NCBI GenBank assembly: GCA_965214095.1
Contig: OZ243938.1
Span: 3,488,001-3,552,000 of the forward strand
Length of the DNA stretch: 64,000 bases
Source of the DNA: Candidatus Poribacteria bacterium
GTDB taxonomy: Bacteria > Poribacteria > WGA-4E > WGA-3G
Reading direction: 5' to 3'
Below the pieces are notes generated by a model, which was not told the DNA's origin, did no database searches, and saw nothing but the letters and a program-made list of their open reading frames with translations. The position numbers and the translations under genes were made by a program. Shown piece by piece: positions 9,339 to 18,903 of the stretch (its first letter is position 1; each line of letters begins with the position of its first letter).

Positions 9339-9725
9339 CTATGATTCAGGCACCCCTATAGAAGCGTGTATTTGTGCGAATTTCCACAAGTTGTCAACAT
9401 TTTCTAAAACTCCTGTCATTCGCATCACGAATTCTTCAGAAACACCTTGCCACTTGAGTTTCCATATCTGACGTGTATAAAACCAAGCGACAGGATCGCG
9501 TTCTTGTACATCAAGATTGATGACTTTGATGCTGAAATCCTCAGTACTTACAACATGATTTTGATAATAGGCTGCAATTCCATCTACACCTTCAACGACT
9601 TCACCTGCATCCGTGCCTATCTTCACATAGTGTGTGGCAGGAAACATCATTGTAATAAGGGTTTCAGCATCTCTTGTCACAAGTGCCTCAAAATATGCCT
9701 TTACCGTATCATGCGCATTCGGCAT
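9339..9725 (-). CDS. SnoaL-like / NTF2-fold protein
   Basis: 128 aa; 'IGTD..E...G', 'R.TGVLE....WK..Q.H.S'. Confidence 0.8.
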   Translation of the reverse strand: MPNAHDTVKAYFEALVTRDAETLITMMFPATHYVKIGTDAGEVVEGVDGIAAYYQNHVVSTEDFSIKVINLDVQERDPVAWFYTRQIWKLKWQGVSEEFVMRMTGVLENVDNLWKFAQIHASIGVPES

Positions 9726-10299
9726 CGTGAATTCCTGTGAGTGCGTCCCACAAGGCAGTGCTCATCTGCTCACATGCCCGTACTGCAGTTTCCTGTGCAT
9801 CTGATGATAATGCACCGATTCTCTCAAGTATTTTCTCTGCTTCATGTTCATTGTGGGAATGTGTTACAAAATAAGGTTCCACTTTTTCCGGAAGTTGATA
9901 GAATGCTTTTAGTCCTGCCAACTTGGATTTCGCAGTTTCCGGTTGTTGTGCTTCAAAAGCATACAGCGCGCCTAACGCTGTTTCTCTATTAGAAAAGAGG
10001 GTTTCAGCGGTATTCAAGAGAGTTTTCACTTGTGGTATTTGTGCATCTGCAATTTCGGTGTCAAGTCCGTCGGCAAAATCTTCCCACATCTCAATATGTT
10101 CCGTTTCCTCTTCCGCTGTTTCAGCATCGTTTAATGTTTCCCACCCATTCGGTAGTGTTGAGATGAACGCACCATATTCACGTGCATAACATTTCAATGC
10201 TTCAACAGGTAATTCACCAGCACTCCATGCTTGGTAAAACGGATGATTGAGTAAATTATATTTGGAGATTTTACTGTCTAATGCTTGCTTGTAATCCAT
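9709..10299 (-). CDS. CADD-like heme-oxygenase-like dimetal oxidase (TenA/PqqC superfamily)
   Basis: LLNHPFYQAW, EEETEH..MW..FA, GALYAFEAQ.P, K..GL, YF..H...EH. Start set at MDYKQ (GGAG RBS). Confidence 0.8.
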   Translation of the reverse strand: MDYKQALDSKISKYNLLNHPFYQAWSAGELPVEALKCYAREYGAFISTLPNGWETLNDAETAEEETEHIEMWEDFADGLDTEIADAQIPQVKTLLNTAETLFSNRETALGALYAFEAQQPETAKSKLAGLKAFYQLPEKVEPYFVTHSHNEHEAEKILERIGALSSDAQETAVRACEQMSTALWDALTGIHDAECA

Positions 10300-10390
10300 T
10301 AATTTAGTACTCCATATCATGTATTATGAACTTGGGTTGTTGATCAATCTACAATTAAGATTTCTATGTTCCATTGAAAATCTGTTTTGT

Positions 10391-10419
10391 AGTATAGCAC
10401 ATCTATGTAGTGATGTCAA
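10391..10419 (-). promoter_or_regulatory. Sigma70-type promoter for the CADD-like operon
   Basis: TTGACA-N17-TATACT on the minus strand. Confidence 0.65.
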
Positions 10420-10467
10420 CAATAGTAGTCAATATTGCGTTAACTACGGAGAACATACCAAATTAAT

Positions 10468-10496
10468 TTGACAATTAAGTTAAAAAAACATATAAT
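10468..10496 (+). promoter_or_regulatory. Consensus sigma70-type promoter for the STAS operon
   Basis: Perfect TTGACA-N17-TATAAT about 60 nt upstream of 10558. Confidence 0.8.
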
Positions 10497-10557
10497 AGAA
10501 ACAGAATCAGTTAAATTTGCGTATTACTTTAAAAAACAGACATAAGGGAGACAAACA

Positions 10558-10905
10558 ATGGCAACCACGGTTCGCTACAAAGATGGAGTTACCATTTTGG
10601 AACCATCAGGAAAAATTATGGGCACTGGAGTGACCGAACTGCGCGAGGTAATGACTGCCGAGATTGATGCCTCCGACAAACCGAGAATTCTGATTGATTT
10701 TGAAAAAGTCAATATGATGGATAGTTCTGGTCTTGGAACGCTGATGGGTGCTCATGTTACAATTACTAGACAAGGTGGCAGGGTCGGTGTGCTCAATGTT
10801 GGGAAGAATATCAAGAATCTTATTGTGCGAAGTCGACTTGCGAGTATTTTTGAACATTTCACGACTGAAGAGGAAGCTGTCTCAACTTTGGGAAGCGAAG
10901 ACTAA
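10558..10905 (+). CDS. STAS anti-sigma-factor antagonist (RsbV/SpoIIAA-like)
   Basis: MDSSGLG phosphoacceptor motif, 115 aa, AAGGGAG RBS. Confidence 0.92.
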   Translation: MATTVRYKDGVTILEPSGKIMGTGVTELREVMTAEIDASDKPRILIDFEKVNMMDSSGLGTLMGAHVTITRQGGRVGVLNVGKNIKNLIVRSRLASIFEHFTTEEEAVSTLGSED

Positions 10906-10944
10906 CAAATTTTTCGTTAGCGCAGCAAGATGGAGGCTGCATTA

Positions 10945-11310
10945 ATGGCGATCATTCAATCAGAACAAGACGGTGTGCATATTTTTAAGCTTGAAGGTAG
11001 AATAATGGGACCTGATATCCAGGAGTTAAAAGACACCGTAGAAAAAACACTATCACAGATAGATAAAACTCCTAAGCTTGTATTTGACTTCAAAGATGTC
11101 ATCGGTATGGACAGTTCAGGTCTTGGTGTTCTTATGAATATTTATGCAGATATACATCCGCTTGGTGGAACAATCGCTGTGATCAATGTCAACAAACATG
11201 TCAAGAACTTAATTGTAATGGCGAGACTAATTACTGTGTTTCGCAACTTTGAAACTGAAGAAGAAGCAGTTTGGTCTCTGCAGAATCCTCCATCCGAAAC
11301 TACACCGTAA
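10945..11310 (+). CDS. STAS anti-sigma-factor antagonist
   Basis: MDSSGLG motif; GGAGG RBS before ATG 10945. Confidence 0.9.
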   Translation: MAIIQSEQDGVHIFKLEGRIMGPDIQELKDTVEKTLSQIDKTPKLVFDFKDVIGMDSSGLGVLMNIYADIHPLGGTIAVINVNKHVKNLIVMARLITVFRNFETEEEAVWSLQNPPSETTP

Positions 11311-11332
11311 TTTATCTTATAGGTATGTTCGA

Positions 11333-12094
11333 ATGATAAAAAATATCCTCGTTTCTATAGGCGACACTGATTATGAAAGAAATGCCTTTGATTACGCGGG
11401 ACAACTTGCTGTTCTATTAGGTACTCATCTGTCTTGTGTTTTTTTTCAAGACAGTTCACATGGTGGTAGTGCCGACGTTGCTGAAACGGTTATCCGTAGA
11501 ACTGAAAAAGAATGCGCGCTTTACGATTTTTTGGACTATCATATTGAAGCAGTCGCTGGTAATCCACGGCAAATGATATGTCAACAAGCACATTCTGCGG
11601 ATTTAGTTGTGGTAGGACTGCCCGAAGAGATAAAAACGCGCGGATTAAAGCTCATTCAAAACCAAATTGACGATGTTCTTGCTCATATTACTAAGCCAAT
11701 AATCGTCGTTCATGAACAATGTACGTTATTACGAAAGATAATGGCTGTAAATCACGGTGATATTTACTCAGACCATGTTCTCTCTCTGGCTGCTGAAATT
11801 GGAGAATTGACGAAGGCAAGTATTTTCGGACTCGCACTTTCAAACACGGCTCAGGAAGCGGCAGACATCAAACAGCAGATGGCATCATACTTACAATACT
11901 ATGATGTGCAAACGGAATTTCTGACAGCACTCGGTTTTACGGTGACCAATATTTTGGAAAATGCAGAAGAGAACGATTGTGATTTAATTGCTCTTAGTGC
12001 CAGTCATCACGGCCGTTTGTATGAACTGGTTTTCCAAAGTACTACACAAACCGTTGTTAAACTTGCAAATCGTGCCGTTTTAGTAACCAAATAA
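11333..12094 (+). CDS. Universal stress protein (tandem USP domains)
   Basis: MIKNILV start, ADLVVVG, CDLIAL...STTQTVV.....VLV. Confidence 0.85.
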   Translation: MIKNILVSIGDTDYERNAFDYAGQLAVLLGTHLSCVFFQDSSHGGSADVAETVIRRTEKECALYDFLDYHIEAVAGNPRQMICQQAHSADLVVVGLPEEIKTRGLKLIQNQIDDVLAHITKPIIVVHEQCTLLRKIMAVNHGDIYSDHVLSLAAEIGELTKASIFGLALSNTAQEAADIKQQMASYLQYYDVQTEFLTALGFTVTNILENAEENDCDLIALSASHHGRLYELVFQSTTQTVVKLANRAVLVTK

Positions 12095-12107
12095 TGAGGG
12101 AATCCAC

Positions 12108-14393
12108 ATGGCATCTGCCTCCGATTCACTTAACAACTCCCCTTTTTTGCAGATGTCATCAGATATGTTCGGATACATACATCTGGATGGCACGTTCCTT
12201 CCACTCAATCCTGCCTGGGAAAAAATTCTTGGATTCACTCGTGCCGAACTTCAAACCCATTCTTGGATAGAACTTATTCATCCAGACGACCAAGCATCTT
12301 CAGTTGATGAACTTACGAAAATAGAATCGGAAGATCAACAGACAATCACTTTTGAAAACCGCTTTCAATGTAGTAATGGGGAATTCAGAAGGTTACTCTG
12401 GTGGGTACAGCCAGATGCCGAACAACACTCCCGTTATTGTGTTACTGTTCGTGATATTACGAGACAAAAGCGGATTGAGAAGAAACTTCGCGAAAGCGAG
12501 ACACGGTTTCAGCAGCTTGCCCAAACCCATACACAAGAAAGTGATTTACTGCATACTCTGATGGATAATACTCCCGACCATATTTACTTCAAGGATATTG
12601 AGAGTAGATTTGTCCGGATCAATCGTTCACTTGCTAATCGCTTCGGTCTAAAAAACCCTGCTGAGGCTATCGGTAAAAGCGACTTTGATTTTTTTACCCG
12701 TGAACATGCACAGCAAGCCTATCAAGATGAACGCACAGTCATAGATTCTGGGAAACCGATTGAGGGGAAACAGGAAAAAGAGACATGGCTTGGTGGACAG
12801 GATACCTGGGTTTCTACGACAAAAGTACCAATTAGAGATAGAAGTGGTCGTATAAATGGCACATGTGGCATCTCCCGTGACATCACGGAGTATTTTCGTG
12901 CCGATCAAGCACTGCGGGATTCGGAGGCAAATTGGCGTTCATTAGTCGAAAGTGCCCCAGACATTATTTCAACACTTGATATGGATTATCGGTTTCAGTT
13001 TATCAACCGTATTCCTTCAGGTGTAGATATGGAACCAGAAGATCTCGTTGGAAAGAGTATCTTTGATTTTTTGACTCAAGAACACCATGATGGGTTTAGA
13101 GAGGCATGTCAAAAGGTCTTGGAAACGTGTGAGGTTGCCGGTTATGAAGTTCAAGGAAGAATTAGTCTAAATTGGTATTCTTCATGGGTTGGTCCTATTT
13201 TACGAGATGGTGATATTGTAGGTTTTGTCGTAACTTCAACGAACATAACTGATCGAAAGCAAGCAGAAATGGAATTACAGGAGAGTGAATTGCGTTTCCG
13301 CCGTGCTGTACTTAATGCCCCGCTGCCTATTATGATACATGCGGAAGATGGTGAGGTAATTCTCATCAATCGTACTTGGACTGATCTTACCGGCTACACG
13401 CTTGAAGATATGACAACAGTTTCTAAATGGTTGATACAAGCAAACAGAGAAATGAGTCAAGAAATTCAAGAGTACTTAGGACAGGCAAATCAAATTAAAG
13501 AGAGGGTTGCCCCGGAGCAATACGAAATAATAACAAAGTCAGGTAAAAAGCAGATATGGGAATTTAGTTCATCGCTACTTGGTGTTGAACCAGATGGCAA
13601 ACGTATTATTATTAGTATGGCACTTGATATTACAGAACGTCTGAAAGCACAAGAAGCAATGCAAAGTGCCAAGGAGACCGCAGAATATGCCAGCAGAGCA
13701 AAGAGCGATTTTCTTGCAAATATGAGCCACGAATTGCGAACTCCTTTGAATGCCATTATCGGTTTCGCTGAAATACTTAGGGACGAACTCGTTGGACCGA
13801 TAAACGATGATCAGAAAGAATGCGTCAACGATATTCGTATTAGTGGACAACATCTACTGGAGATGATCAATGACATATTAGACCTTTCAAAGATTGAAGC
13901 CGGAAAAATGTTTTTACAACTTGAGGAGTTTGTTATCGTTGACGCAGTTGAGGAAGTTAGCACAATTATCAGTTCGCTTGCACTGCAAAAAGATATTGAG
14001 CTCACTTTATCATGTCCAGAAAACGCTATGATTGAAGCTGATCGCGTCAAATTTAAGCAAATATTCTATAATTTGTTATCGAATGCAGTAAAATTCACAC
14101 CGGATAGCGGTAAAGTCACAACTAATTTGAATATTGCATCCACCACACTTCATGTTGAGGTAATAGATACTGGCATAGGAATAGCCGAGGAAGATCAAAT
14201 GAAGTTATTCGCACCTTTTACACAGATTGACACTTCAAAGTCAAGGCGTTTCGGTGGAACAGGTCTCGGTCTTGCACTTACGCAACGTTTGATTGAGTTG
14301 CATGGTGGTGAAATACGTGTAACAAGTGAAGAGGGAAAGGGGAGTACTTTCTCATTTAGTATACCAATAGTCCAAACAATCAACAGCGGTTAG
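12108..14393 (+). CDS. Cytoplasmic multi-PAS sensor histidine kinase
   Basis: Four PAS/PAC repeats, H-box FLANMSHELRTPL, N-box NLLSNAVKF, DTGIG and GTGLGL. Confidence 0.95.
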   Translation: MASASDSLNNSPFLQMSSDMFGYIHLDGTFLPLNPAWEKILGFTRAELQTHSWIELIHPDDQASSVDELTKIESEDQQTITFENRFQCSNGEFRRLLWWVQPDAEQHSRYCVTVRDITRQKRIEKKLRESETRFQQLAQTHTQESDLLHTLMDNTPDHIYFKDIESRFVRINRSLANRFGLKNPAEAIGKSDFDFFTREHAQQAYQDERTVIDSGKPIEGKQEKETWLGGQDTWVSTTKVPIRDRSGRINGTCGISRDITEYFRADQALRDSEANWRSLVESAPDIISTLDMDYRFQFINRIPSGVDMEPEDLVGKSIFDFLTQEHHDGFREACQKVLETCEVAGYEVQGRISLNWYSSWVGPILRDGDIVGFVVTSTNITDRKQAEMELQESELRFRRAVLNAPLPIMIHAEDGEVILINRTWTDLTGYTLEDMTTVSKWLIQANREMSQEIQEYLGQANQIKERVAPEQYEIITKSGKKQIWEFSSSLLGVEPDGKRIIISMALDITERLKAQEAMQSAKETAEYASRAKSDFLANMSHELRTPLNAIIGFAEILRDELVGPINDDQKECVNDIRISGQHLLEMINDILDLSKIEAGKMFLQLEEFVIVDAVEEVSTIISSLALQKDIELTLSCPENAMIEADRVKFKQIFYNLLSNAVKFTPDSGKVTTNLNIASTTLHVEVIDTGIGIAEEDQMKLFAPFTQIDTSKSRRFGGTGLGLALTQRLIELHGGEIRVTSEEGKGSTFSFSIPIVQTINSG

Positions 14394-14527
14394 ATTTTTT
14401 TCCTAAAGACTAGACATACCGAAAAATACAAAAATCAGAAGCAAAACTTTCCTTTCCGAACAAAGTTGGATTGTTCTCTAACTGCTAATCGTGGAATATT
14501 CAATTCCTTGTGTATAGGAGCCATGAG

Positions 14528-14923
14528 GTGAGTCAGGAGAACCTGCATCAAATCTTAGTCATAGAGGATCAAGAATTGAATAGAAAAGTGGTCCGTATTG
14601 TTTTGCAATCGGAAGGCTATGACGTTCTTGAGGCAACAAATGCAGACGAGGCACTTATGCTTTTAGAGCAAGAGGATCCCGTTCTCATGCTAATGGATAT
14701 TGCCCTGCCTGGCCAAAGTGGTGAAGAATTAACCCGTGAGATTAAAGCCAATCCGAATTGGTGTAATATTCCGATTATTGCCTTAACAGCCGCAGCAATG
14801 ACAGGTGACCGTGAACGTATTCTGAAATCAGGTTGTGATGATTATCTCAGTAAACCTATAGATACACAAGTCCTTGTAAACCGTGTGGCACACCATATCA
14901 AGGAAGCACAACATGAAGAGTGA
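14528..14923 (+). CDS. Single-domain response regulator (CheY/DivK-like)
   Basis: ILVIED, LMDIALP, IALTA, YLSKP. Confidence 0.92.
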   Translation: MSQENLHQILVIEDQELNRKVVRIVLQSEGYDVLEATNADEALMLLEQEDPVLMLMDIALPGQSGEELTREIKANPNWCNIPIIALTAAAMTGDRERILKSGCDDYLSKPIDTQVLVNRVAHHIKEAQHEE

Positions 14924-16073
14924 TGAATCGGCGAAGATACTTGTCGTTGATGATGAACCGCGCAATGTGAAAATCTTACAGATACATCTTCAAGCTCGTG
15001 GCTACACTGTCCTCACTGCTGGAGATGGTGATGAAGCCTTGGTGATCGTATCGGATGAAATGCCCGACATCATCTTATTAGATATAAACATGCCAAAAGT
15101 AGATGGGTTTGAAGTGGTAGAAAGTGTTCGGGCAGATAAGAAAACCGAATTTATTCCGATCATAATGATAACTGCATTGCGCGACACAGAAGAAAATAGG
15201 ATTAAGGCACTTGAAGCGGGGGCAGATGACTTCATTGAGAAGCCATTCAATAGTTTTGAGGTATTGGCTCGTATAAAATCACTGCTACGAATAAAGTTTT
15301 ATCACGACACCCTTGAGGAACATAATAGGCGTTTAGAGGCAGAGCTTCAAATGGCTCGCAGTGTTCAAGAGATTATTATTCCACAAAACGGAACTCAAGA
15401 GATAGCTGGATGTCGTATTGCCTCCTATTGTAGTCCTGCCTTGGCAGTCGGTGGAGATTTTTTTGATATCTGGGAGATAGATAACAATTGTGTAGGGATT
15501 TTACTTTCTGATGTAATGGGTCATGGTGCATCTGCAGCTCTCGTTACTGTTTTTATCAAAACGATTTTATCGGAACACAGAGAACATGTTGAGAATAATC
15601 CTTCCGAGCTTTTGCATATACTAAATACACGTTTTAACGACATCATTAGTTCTCGTTTGTATATGTTTGCGACAGCATTCTGCGGTGTATTTGATCTTAC
15701 AAAACAGCAACTTGTCTGTGCTAATGCAGGACATCCCTCTCCATTTTTGCAGCACGGAACACAGTCCGAATGTGAAAAAATTACTGACAAACACACGGGG
15801 AACGGTTTAGGAATACACAGGGATTCGGAATACCAAAATTGCTATTACCCATTTGATAAATTAAGCAGGACATTTCTTTATACTGATGGTGCCTATGAAG
15901 TCAAAAATCGGGTAGGTGAAGTGTTTACTATAGAAAGGTTGGAAAATGTAATAACGATGTGTAATGAGGAGTCCCCATTGGAACTAATCCAGTCCGTTTC
16001 TAATACAATAACGAATTTTACCGAGGGTTCTCCAAATGAGGATGATTTAACACTAATTGCGATTCAGGGTTAA
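14913..16073 (+). CDS. REC + PP2C (SpoIIE/RsbU/RsbP-like) phosphatase
   Basis: REC domain followed by VGGDFFD, DVMGHG, NAGHP, YTDG, DDLT. Confidence 0.93.
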   Translation: MKSDESAKILVVDDEPRNVKILQIHLQARGYTVLTAGDGDEALVIVSDEMPDIILLDINMPKVDGFEVVESVRADKKTEFIPIIMITALRDTEENRIKALEAGADDFIEKPFNSFEVLARIKSLLRIKFYHDTLEEHNRRLEAELQMARSVQEIIIPQNGTQEIAGCRIASYCSPALAVGGDFFDIWEIDNNCVGILLSDVMGHGASAALVTVFIKTILSEHREHVENNPSELLHILNTRFNDIISSRLYMFATAFCGVFDLTKQQLVCANAGHPSPFLQHGTQSECEKITDKHTGNGLGIHRDSEYQNCYYPFDKLSRTFLYTDGAYEVKNRVGEVFTIERLENVITMCNEESPLELIQSVSNTITNFTEGSPNEDDLTLIAIQG

Positions 16074-16516
16074 CCTATTTTTTGTTGTGTATCTCGGTAG
16101 AAAACAGCGGTTACATCAGTACCGCCCAGTGCATTTGCTTGCAGTTTGTGGTCATCCGTAAGACAATCAATCAGATACAAACCGTGTCCTCTTTCACTGG
16201 TTGGTGAACGAGCCGCCTGTATTTCTGCTAATTTCTCAGGTGTAGACCATTCCCCCATACCTTCTTTGCCTTTATCACTAACGACAATTTCAAGGGAACG
16301 TGTGTCAACAGAAATGTGCAATTGAATTCCACTGGAAACAGACTTTGATCCGTGATAAACGGCGTTACTACACATTTCATCAAGAGCGAGCTGAATATCT
16401 GCTATTCGTTTCTTTGAAAATCTGAGTGTTTCGGATAATTTTCCGATAAATACACGTACTGATTCAAGGTAAAACACATCACTTGGCACATTCAACTCAA
16501 TGTGGTCTTTCTTCAT
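16070..16516 (-). CDS. RsbW-like anti-sigma factor/Ser kinase
   Basis: LALDEMCSNAVYHG, V.DKG, ERGHGLYLI. Confidence 0.88.
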   Translation of the reverse strand: MKKDHIELNVPSDVFYLESVRVFIGKLSETLRFSKKRIADIQLALDEMCSNAVYHGSKSVSSGIQLHISVDTRSLEIVVSDKGKEGMGEWSTPEKLAEIQAARSPTSERGHGLYLIDCLTDDHKLQANALGGTDVTAVFYRDTQQKIG

Positions 16517-16544
16517 GGGGACTCCAGTTTTTCTTTGAAATTGA

Positions 16545-16889
16545 TTAAAAAGCTGCTATAGCACTCTTCTCAGATTCATATATTTCAACGACACTAGAAG
16601 CTCCAATAAGATTAAAAGTTCGCGTGAGAGTGGAAGCTAAGTTACAAAGTTTTAAATCCCCACCATTTTGTCGTAGTCGTTTTGCAATTCCTACTAAGGT
16701 GCCGACAGCTGTGCTGTTTATGTGACCTACGTCCTCGAAATTAACAACAACTTTATTCACTTTTTCTGTCAGCAGTTCTTCAAGTGCCTTCCGTAAGTCA
16801 GAGGCAGCATAACTACTTAAATCTGTCTTTACATCTATGATTTTGATATCTGCATTTTCTCGAATATTCATAAATTCTGTACCGGTCAT
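16545..16889 (-). CDS. STAS anti-sigma-factor antagonist
   Basis: INSTAVG motif, GGDLKLC; AGGTGG RBS before ATG 16889. Confidence 0.88.
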   Translation of the reverse strand: MTGTEFMNIRENADIKIIDVKTDLSSYAASDLRKALEELLTEKVNKVVVNFEDVGHINSTAVGTLVGIAKRLRQNGGDLKLCNLASTLTRTFNLIGASSVVEIYESEKSAIAAF

Positions 16890-17241
16890 ATAAACCACCT
16901 TCCGTAGATAAAATCCATATCCCCATTTTAGTGTAAATACATGAATATTACAAGCATTTTTTGAGTATAGCAGGAAATATGTATTAAGTATATGCATATA
17001 CCGTGTTTTACTCTGGATTTTTGTATCCAACGCAGGTCAGGTTTCCTATCCACATCTGATATCGTTGCATTAGCCTTCCCTGAAATCAACGGTATGAATG
17101 CCTTATAGTGTTTTTTCATGCTTGCGCCAAATGAATGTAATAATGGTCAACACTGAATTTTCTTGCAAATTTCCTATATTTTCAGTAGAATTAGCGAACA
17201 TAAACACAATTTCGATTAAATCCACAATTTTGGTAATGATA

Positions 17242-18903
17242 ATGCCTACACAAAAAATCGCTTTTATTATACTTTTTGTCTGTTTTTCGACCTTTGTTAT
17301 TCAGGCTGTTTGCGCTAAACCCGTCGATTCAGAGACATATTGGTTGATGGTTGATTCCTCTCCTGATGCTGATGCGAACACGCTATTTAAATCTTTGAAC
17401 AAATTATTGACAGAGGTTGGAAAAGTTTCTCAGGAAAATATACAACGTCTCAATGGTGACAGAGCAACAAATGATGAAATAGAGAATGTCCTCATTGAGA
17501 TAAGTAGTAAGTCTAATCAGATTAATACTCTGATTTTTTTGTTTCATGGTGAAGTATCTAAACAACAGGGTGTAAATGCCATGTACATTTCAACACAATC
17601 GGAAGATACTATCCAAGATGCAGTCTTAAATCAATGGTTAAAAGGAACGGGCATAGGTCGTATTCTTGTCATCATTGATGGTTATGCCTATGATGAGAGA
17701 CTAACTGTTTATTATGCGAATAGAGTAACACTTGGGACCTCTGCGTTGAATGTTATCAATCCCGCTGAAACGACAGAACCCGCAGGTAAGAATTCCTTTC
17801 TTCAGGCATTAATTGATACCTTATCTACAGAAACAATTGATACAGATGATAACAGGCATATCAGTATAATTGAAATATACCAGTATTTGCAGAACGAAAA
17901 GACTTTTGAAAATGCGATTTTTGCACCTACGGGGGATGTTGAAGAAACGGTGATGAAACTGAGTCCTGCGATTAAAGTTACATCTTTTCCAGAGGGTGCA
18001 CAGATTACATTAAACGACAAAGAAAATGGAGAAACACCTAAACTTTTCACAAAAGATTTAAAAGAAGGAAGTTACACTGTATCCATAAAGAAAGCGGGAT
18101 ATCTTAGTCCTGAACCTAAAACGGCAGATCTCAAGTTAACACAAGGTGAAGCCATCAATTTTATATCCGTTCTCAAACCGATTTCTGTTTACGGTACTGT
18201 TATAGGTTCCCTTGATGTTCCCGTTTCAGGAACGAAAATATCAATTGATGGTACAAACTATATTGAAACAGTTGGAGAAGATGGTAAATATTCATTCCAA
18301 AACTGGAATGCAACTGCGATGCTAACTCCTGGAACAGATTATACGTTATACGCAAAGCAAGGAGATTTCTACCACGGTTCGGTATCTTTCACATTTGATG
18401 GTTATGAGGCGATTGAGCAACCGATTGAATTGATTAAGAAAACATGGTTTGAGATCGCTGAACTTGAATTTAGGCGGGATGCCCATCAAAAAGCGATAGA
18501 AGCCTTCCAAAACGGTATTGAAACGACGACAGATTTCCCACAGTTGTCGGAAGGACTAACAGTTCTGCTATATACATCTTTTGCTGATGCTATTGATAAG
18601 GGACAGGTACAAGACATCAATTATATTGTCGTAACAGCAAAGTTAGCAGAGGTATATCAACAACCGGAAACGGCTAAGAAATATTGGAAACAAGTTGTTT
18701 TAAAAGCGGAAAAAGGGTCTCCCAGTGCAAAATTAGCCGGACAGCGATTGTGGCAGATGAATCCGTGGCGAAATGTTGTCAATATCGGTATAGCTTGTTT
18801 GTTGGTAATTGTGATCGCGTCTGGTGTATGGACATTTTTCCGTTATAGAAAATTGGTGCATACGGAAATTCAGACAGAAACTGAGATAGAAACTGATGCA
18901 TGA
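17242..18903 (+). CDS. Exported membrane-anchored protein: degenerate caspase-like domain, PEGA domain, carboxypeptidase-regulatory-like domain and helical region
   Basis: Signal peptide, LIFLFHG/ILVIIDG, VTSFPEGAQI...GETP...G.YTVSIKKAGY (PEGA), C-terminal TM followed by basic residues. Start codon uncertain. Confidence 0.7.
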   Translation: MPTQKIAFIILFVCFSTFVIQAVCAKPVDSETYWLMVDSSPDADANTLFKSLNKLLTEVGKVSQENIQRLNGDRATNDEIENVLIEISSKSNQINTLIFLFHGEVSKQQGVNAMYISTQSEDTIQDAVLNQWLKGTGIGRILVIIDGYAYDERLTVYYANRVTLGTSALNVINPAETTEPAGKNSFLQALIDTLSTETIDTDDNRHISIIEIYQYLQNEKTFENAIFAPTGDVEETVMKLSPAIKVTSFPEGAQITLNDKENGETPKLFTKDLKEGSYTVSIKKAGYLSPEPKTADLKLTQGEAINFISVLKPISVYGTVIGSLDVPVSGTKISIDGTNYIETVGEDGKYSFQNWNATAMLTPGTDYTLYAKQGDFYHGSVSFTFDGYEAIEQPIELIKKTWFEIAELEFRRDAHQKAIEAFQNGIETTTDFPQLSEGLTVLLYTSFADAIDKGQVQDINYIVVTAKLAEVYQQPETAKKYWKQVVLKAEKGSPSAKLAGQRLWQMNPWRNVVNIGIACLLVIVIASGVWTFFRYRKLVHTEIQTETEIETDA

